DNA of 12,389 nt from an uncultured archaeon. GTDB taxonomy: Archaea > Asgardarchaeota > Heimdallarchaeia > Heimdallarchaeales > Kariarchaeaceae. The notes under the pieces are model-generated. The model saw only the letters and a list, made by a program, of their open reading frames with translations, was not told where the DNA came from and did not search any database. Made by a program: the position numbers and the translations under genes. Position 1 is the first letter of the stretch, and every line of letters starts with the position of its first letter. Below are positions 7,624-12,389 of the stretch, piece by piece. The DNA lies in assembly GCA_964645535.1 (NCBI GenBank), contig CAZYCQ010000079.1, positions 1-12,389 of the forward strand. Reading direction: 5' to 3'.

Positions 7624-9675
7624 CTAAACACACCAAATGAAATGAGTCGGGTCTTTCGGAAAGGCACCCTGTTTTGCCTTCTTGTTCGCTTTCTTTGCAA
7701 ATTCAATGTTCGAAGGAAATTTTGTAATCTCCAGTGCTGACCCAATATGGAGCCGACATAGTTTTGCAATGTCTTCCATCAGAGACTCACAATTTGAACC
7801 TTCAACATGGATGGGTTGAGGGGTCTGATGTTTGACACCTTTACTTTCATAATACCTGTAAATGATCGAGCTTGTTTGAATATAGCCATTGTTGTTGTCA
7901 AGGATAAAGTAAGCAATGTCAAAGGGCATGTGCGTATCACGAAATCGGTCAAAAATCCGCGTGGCGCGTGGTTCAGTGATCCGATAGATTGGTTTAGAAG
8001 TTTTAACCAACAGGTTAATTTCTTTTTTTGAAAAGGTAATTCCAGAATAAAGAATAATATCGAATGGAGGAAAACAAGAAAGCAATTTTTTTAAGGCAAC
8101 GGAGCCATTCTTTTCTTCGACGGTGAATATTTGCGTGTGTCGCCCACTTTTTTCGGTTAAAACAGCAGAATAGAGAAAATTATTTCCTTTTTTGTCCTTG
8201 TGGATACCTAGGTAGCTTGCAGTCATTGCACGTTCCAATTCCCAATTTGGCAAGCCCCCATTTGCACCGATACCGAGAACAACATTGTTTATCTTTTTTC
8301 GAAAATCTTTCGGGTTCATTGTCTGAACCGGAATGCCTCGATTTGTCAAATTACGAATTATTGGCTCATCGTACCCAATTTGGAGAACACAACCATTCCC
8401 ATTCAGCTTGATTGCATCAATATTTTCTACCATCTTAACGACGATTTTCTTGCCTAGTTTATTCGACAGGAAACCTTTCGAAGTTTTGACTGATTCGCCC
8501 CTAAGCAAGGTTTCAACAACATCTTTTGAAAAGAGGAAATTTAAAATGGCTTTCAATTCCTTTGTGGTAATTCCGTGATGATGAATAAACAATTCAAAGC
8601 TTTCTCTCTTTTTCCGAGTATTGTGCTTTAGTCGGTCGGAAACTGAACCGAATACCTTACCGTCAAATTTTATATTTGGCAGGTCAATTGTACCCCTATT
8701 CTTGGGCACAAACAAGGCAGGGGTTAATCGTTTTCCAAAGATTTCTAGATTGGACAGTTCCCTGGCAAAATGACTCTCAATTTCAAAATATTTCTTTTCA
8801 GGACTTAGCGCAATATGTGTTGACAATTCCTGTCTTTCTGGAAATTTCAGATGTTTCATTTCTATTAATGGTTTCAAACGTTCAAGGGGATAGGTATAAC
8901 CATTGTCAAGAACAGCCAAGAAGTCAGTACGGTTGATGCCTTTAACAATATAGCCATTGTTTTCACATCTGTCATTTGCAAAGTCTACCAAAGTTTTTCC
9001 ATTTAAATTGTATGTAAAGGGATTACCCTTGACTATTTTTTCAACATTCCATTTCCGTGATGCCATCAAAGGCGAAAGAGGACAGTTTAACAGGAATTTT
9101 GAACAATCAGACTGTGGACAAATATCGTAAACAGTTTTATTATTGAGCTGCAAGTCCCCATCTTTTGAAACCCAATCTGCAAGTGTTTTTTTCGTAAAGA
9201 GCCTGTAACAGGTATCCAGAAAGAATCCCCATCCACCATCGAAAACAACAACTTGAATGCGATAACCCATGTACGCTAAAACTTCCGATTGAATTACTGG
9301 ATGTTTTTCAAAAAATTCCAAAAATTCTTGTTGATCATATCGATAGTATTCTGGCATGTGGGTAACGGCGTAAGCATTGCGAACCTTTTCCTTTATGATC
9401 TGATAGATCAGCTGTTTCCAATCCTCGGAATCCGGTCTGATTTTTTCTGCATCAAGACCATGATCTCTAAGTTTTTGAACGGATTTGCCAAGCATTCTCT
9501 GAACTACAATAATGGATTTGCCAATGGAATAGTGGATTGCGTCTGTGTCTTGAAAAATATCTGCAACGACACCTTCAACATCTTTCTCTGGATCATTGGC
9601 TATTTTCAAAAATGTGATGTCAAGTTCTGAAAAATGAACTTTGAATTTGAAGAAATTTGGAACGACATCTGTCAT
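7624..9675 (-). CDS. Divergent long prokaryotic Argonaute-like protein (N-L1-PAZ-L2-MID-PIWI), predicted catalytically inactive (Ago-1)
   Basis: 683 aa. L1-like YMGYRIQVVVFDGGWGFFLDTCYRL; PAZ-end YTYPLERL; L2 LSPEKKYFEI; MID GIPVQTM..NNVVLGIGANGGLPNWEL (cf. GIPxQ..NxxLxxxAKxGGxPW); PIWI YLGIH (cf. IGID), IILYSG (cf. IIHRDG), TPQPIHV, IAKLCRL..TKFPSNIEFAKK (cf. LPxTIxYADK). Confidence 0.78.
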   Translation of the reverse strand: MTDVVPNFFKFKVHFSELDITFLKIANDPEKDVEGVVADIFQDTDAIHYSIGKSIIVVQRMLGKSVQKLRDHGLDAEKIRPDSEDWKQLIYQIIKEKVRNAYAVTHMPEYYRYDQQEFLEFFEKHPVIQSEVLAYMGYRIQVVVFDGGWGFFLDTCYRLFTKKTLADWVSKDGDLQLNNKTVYDICPQSDCSKFLLNCPLSPLMASRKWNVEKIVKGNPFTYNLNGKTLVDFANDRCENNGYIVKGINRTDFLAVLDNGYTYPLERLKPLIEMKHLKFPERQELSTHIALSPEKKYFEIESHFARELSNLEIFGKRLTPALFVPKNRGTIDLPNIKFDGKVFGSVSDRLKHNTRKKRESFELFIHHHGITTKELKAILNFLFSKDVVETLLRGESVKTSKGFLSNKLGKKIVVKMVENIDAIKLNGNGCVLQIGYDEPIIRNLTNRGIPVQTMNPKDFRKKINNVVLGIGANGGLPNWELERAMTASYLGIHKDKKGNNFLYSAVLTEKSGRHTQIFTVEEKNGSVALKKLLSCFPPFDIILYSGITFSKKEINLLVKTSKPIYRITEPRATRIFDRFRDTHMPFDIAYFILDNNNGYIQTSSIIYRYYESKGVKHQTPQPIHVEGSNCESLMEDIAKLCRLHIGSALEITKFPSNIEFAKKANKKAKQGAFPKDPTHFIWCV

Positions 9676-10457
9676 GGAAGCACCCTCGAAATGGCTTTTG
9701 GATTTATGTGAACCAGAAATGCAATTAAATCAGTAAAGCTTTCCAAGTTTTTCAACCTTTCACCCAGCAAAGGAATTATTTGGTAAATGACCTGTTGAAA
9801 TGCCATTTTTACCTGTTCCTTGTAAGAGAGCCACTGATTGAGAACATTCGGTTTTGTTGCATCACAAATGATTTCAAAGTAGAGTGAATCACCAATGAAT
9901 TTGCCGATTAGAACAAAATTTTCCAAACCCAATTCATGGAATGAAACATCAGGAATCCGCAACAGCAAAGCAGATCCATCACCTGCACCTTCAATTGAAA
10001 AGAAGTCACCATCATCCTCTTTCTCAAATGCTTTTCGAAGACCTTCTGCGAAACAGACCCCTACTTTAAATGGAGTATCCACAATCAACTTCACGCGAGG
10101 AACATTGCCTTTAGATAAGGCATCCCTTAGATTTGACAACTGATTGAAAACCGAAAGACCCTTTTCCGTCAACTCATATTTTCTGGTATCTTTTCTTATC
10201 GATGTCACTAAGTTAAACTGCCTCAACCCCTTCATTGCATAATGAATTTTTTGCCGATAGATTGCAGGCTCTGACGCGTCTTCAGTCCCATCCGCCTCAA
10301 CAGCAGATACGAGAGCCCTTAGCTCGGATTCCAATTCCGATACCGATAGAGGGCCATTACGAAGGATGTAGAGAATTTCCAAAGCATATGGACGGAAAAG
10401 TGCCTTGAGAATTTGCCGAAGATCAACAAACATATTATGAAAATTAATTTTTGACAT
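9672..10457 (-). CDS. Winged helix-turn-helix (ArsR/HxlR-like) transcriptional regulator with an uncharacterised C-terminal domain
   Basis: ILKALFRPYALEILYILRNGPLSVSELESEL..RQKIHYAMKGLRQFNLV..RKYELTEKG is a classic wHTH. The stop overlaps the Ago-1 start (ATGA, 9672-9675). The true start may be the second Met at 10433. Confidence 0.85.
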   Translation of the reverse strand: MSKINFHNMFVDLRQILKALFRPYALEILYILRNGPLSVSELESELRALVSAVEADGTEDASEPAIYRQKIHYAMKGLRQFNLVTSIRKDTRKYELTEKGLSVFNQLSNLRDALSKGNVPRVKLIVDTPFKVGVCFAEGLRKAFEKEDDGDFFSIEGAGDGSALLLRIPDVSFHELGLENFVLIGKFIGDSLYFEIICDATKPNVLNQWLSYKEQVKMAFQQVIYQIIPLLGERLKNLESFTDLIAFLVHINPKAISRVLP

Positions 10458-10498
10458 TTAAACATATTTATTGAGTTTTATCCAAAATTAATTTTCAT
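10437..10498. promoter_or_regulatory. 18-bp inverted repeat (17/18) with palindromic core AAAATTAATTTT in the divergent promoter; candidate operator
   Basis: ATGAAAATTAATTTTTGA (10437-10454) versus TCCAAAATTAATTTTCAT (10481-10498); cores at 10440-10451 and 10484-10495. Confidence 0.6.
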
Positions 10499-10533
10499 CA
10501 AAATTTATCAGTTGTTTGGTCAACATATCAGAT

Positions 10534-12389
10534 ATGGTTACAACAAACCTTATCGCTACAAAACAACCAATAATGCAAGAGATCAACGTGACAATCGTTG
10601 ATTGCGACCAACTTGACTACAAGGAAAAGGCAAGAATGGCCACAAAATTCCAAAATGAACTGAAAACCATCACCACATTCGGAGAATCTGTCATTCTAGT
10701 TGGATCATTCAACAAAAACAAATTGAGCAGGATATTGCAAGGAAAGAAATACAAGATCAGCCACAGAACCCTTAAATCCAAAAACAACCAAGACATAAAC
10801 CTCCTCCAAAAAATAGCTAGACAAGCAGTCAAAAAACTGTTTCACAATATGGGATATACAATACAGGAAGGAGGCAAGTTGTTCAAGCCTAAGCCCCATA
10901 ATATTCAATCAGGAATTCAAGTTCATGAAGCCGTCGATTTTAATGTAATTGTAACAAAACAAGGTTACCTGATTGTAGCAATCGACCCATGCTATAGAAA
11001 CACCAAATTTCTTACTTCAAAAGAAATAAAGAACGGCATGACCATCAGAGTCCCATACGGAACAACATGGATCGATGCAACCATCATCGAAATAATCAAT
11101 GGAGGGCTAATGGAAAAGGGACGCCATCCAACTAACCCAAACAAAACACTCATCGAATACTGGACACAAGAAAAATCCTGGTTCCTCAAAAAATATGCAA
11201 TTGGATCCATTACTGATTTTGATGCAGTCCTAGTTGAAATTCATAATGAAGAGAGATTGCAACTCACATATCCAATTGCAGTCTGCAGAAAATTGCTTGA
11301 TCCAAAGAAAATGAAACTTCCAAAACTTACTGCGAAGAAAACAACAATACTTTCAATCATCAATAGCCTTAGCCACCACGAATTGCAGATTGGGGACAAA
11401 AAAACCTCATTTACATCCTCTCCGCTTACTAACCAACAGTTGACCAAATACGGCTTCAGCTTCGGAAAATTTGACATACCCGTCCTGAAATTCAAATCAA
11501 CAACATTCCAACCAAAAAATGGAAAAGGACATGAGATCAGAAAACAATTAAAAAAAGACGGACCACACGCCAAACCAAAACAACTGATCGTAAATATCAT
11601 CTCCACATTAAAGCAACAGCAAAATGAAATTATCGCCAGACAGATAATCAGTGATGCAGCAAATATGAATTTGGGAACATGGAAAATTGGAAAGTTCATC
11701 GACTTAAAAAAAGGACACTCAGAACTCAACAAAGCAATACAAAACATATCAGCCAATGAGGTCTTCGCAATAATCCCAGGAAAAACAACTAACAACTCTT
11801 ATGACACACTAAACCATAAATTGGCAAAAAAAGGAATCGTCTGCAAGAACTTACGCATGAAAAACGCAACTGAAATCATAAAAAAAAAAAAAAAAGGAAT
11901 AAAAACAAGTGAAACCATTGCAATCAGCCTATTCGCAAGAAGCCTCAAAAACGGTGAAAACATCGTCCTGCTGAAAAATGGACTTGAATCAAACGCAAAA
12001 TTCCCAATTTTCCTCACCCTTGACATTAGCAGAGATCCAAAATCCGCAAAATCATATTCCGCAACCATAACCGCAATCGATCAACAAGGAATAATCATCA
12101 AATGTCCACAAACCATCACGTTTACTGAAGGATACTTCGATCCAAATGATATCGCACAATGGATTAAGACAACAATAAATTACGTCAATCAAATCACCAA
12201 CAAACAACCGGATACATTCATTTACGTACATGATGGAAGACTGAACAGAAACCAAGTCAACGCACTCCAAAAAGGAATAGAAAAAATAACCGCAAATAAT
12301 TACCTCATAGTTGAAGCTACAAAAAGAGTCAACGAAAGATTCAGCGACAACAATATTGATGGAACATGGATGAAAGCACAGGACAAAAC
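10534..12389 (+). CDS. Second divergent long Argonaute-like protein (Ago-2), partial at the 3' end (>618 aa), with catalytic-type PIWI residues
   Basis: Absent from the ORF track. By hand translation it is open from ATG 10534 (MVTTNLIATK..) to the window end. L1-like GIQVHEAVDFNVIVTKQGYLIVAIDPCYR; PAZ-like KTLIEYW..LTYPIAVC; L2 PVLKF..KDGPH; MID VFAIIPG..SYDTLNHKLAKKGIVCKNL; PIWI IFLTLDISR (D497), TEG (E532), FIYVHDGR (D567), YLIVEATKR..ERF..GTW. Confidence 0.85.
   Translation, partial: MVTTNLIATKQPIMQEINVTIVDCDQLDYKEKARMATKFQNELKTITTFGESVILVGSFNKNKLSRILQGKKYKISHRTLKSKNNQDINLLQKIARQAVKKLFHNMGYTIQEGGKLFKPKPHNIQSGIQVHEAVDFNVIVTKQGYLIVAIDPCYRNTKFLTSKEIKNGMTIRVPYGTTWIDATIIEIINGGLMEKGRHPTNPNKTLIEYWTQEKSWFLKKYAIGSITDFDAVLVEIHNEERLQLTYPIAVCRKLLDPKKMKLPKLTAKKTTILSIINSLSHHELQIGDKKTSFTSSPLTNQQLTKYGFSFGKFDIPVLKFKSTTFQPKNGKGHEIRKQLKKDGPHAKPKQLIVNIISTLKQQQNEIIARQIISDAANMNLGTWKIGKFIDLKKGHSELNKAIQNISANEVFAIIPGKTTNNSYDTLNHKLAKKGIVCKNLRMKNATEIIKKKKKGIKTSETIAISLFARSLKNGENIVLLKNGLESNAKFPIFLTLDISRDPKSAKSYSATITAIDQQGIIIKCPQTITFTEGYFDPNDIAQWIKTTINYVNQITNKQPDTFIYVHDGRLNRNQVNALQKGIEKITANNYLIVEATKRVNERFSDNNIDGTWMKAQDK
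11880..11895 (+). repeat. A16 homopolymer tract, in frame within Ago-2 (encodes a Lys5 run)
   Basis: ATA AAA AAA AAA AAA AAA GGA at 11878-11898. Confidence 0.9.

Noticed and set aside
6880-7769. Short minus-strand ORFs 6880-7083, 7097-7399, 7254-7451, 7381-7602, 7512-7769 as possible Ago-1 downstream effectors
   Set aside because: Low-complexity or antisense to the 121-aa gene, or overlapping Ago-1 out of frame; no nuclease, SIR2, TIR or convincing membrane-effector features.
10617-12270. Six minus-strand ORFs rich in F/L/I/V (including 11241-11795, 184 aa) resembling membrane proteins
   Set aside because: They are antisense shadows of the A-rich Ago-2 gene; the plus-strand frame is continuous and carries Argonaute motifs.

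Overview
Probably archaeal window (no lineage proven; several genes have TATA-like boxes about 25 bp upstream of their likely starts). The left part (1-6.8 kb) is higher in GC. It holds the 3' end of a possible membrane-anchored protein, a glutaredoxin-thioredoxin reductase fusion, a ~1350-aa secreted multi-nuclease (LTD/Ig/2x PLD-HKD/EEP/FN3/LTD), an ABM-family protein and a vapBC toxin-antitoxin pair. The AT-rich right part (7.1-12.4 kb) is the main point of interest: two highly divergent long Argonaute-like genes are transcribed divergently around a winged-helix regulator. Ago-1 (7624-9675, minus strand) is translationally coupled to the wHTH gene, lacks the catalytic aspartates and has a Cys cluster in its PAZ region. 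Ago-2 (10534 to >12389, plus strand) is missing from the ORF track because it runs off the window. It retains D/E/D catalytic-type residues, has a non-canonical MID pocket and contains an in-frame A16 tract. The shared promoter region carries an 18-bp inverted repeat with a palindromic core, a candidate operator. All family calls come from motif recognition by eye, not from searches.
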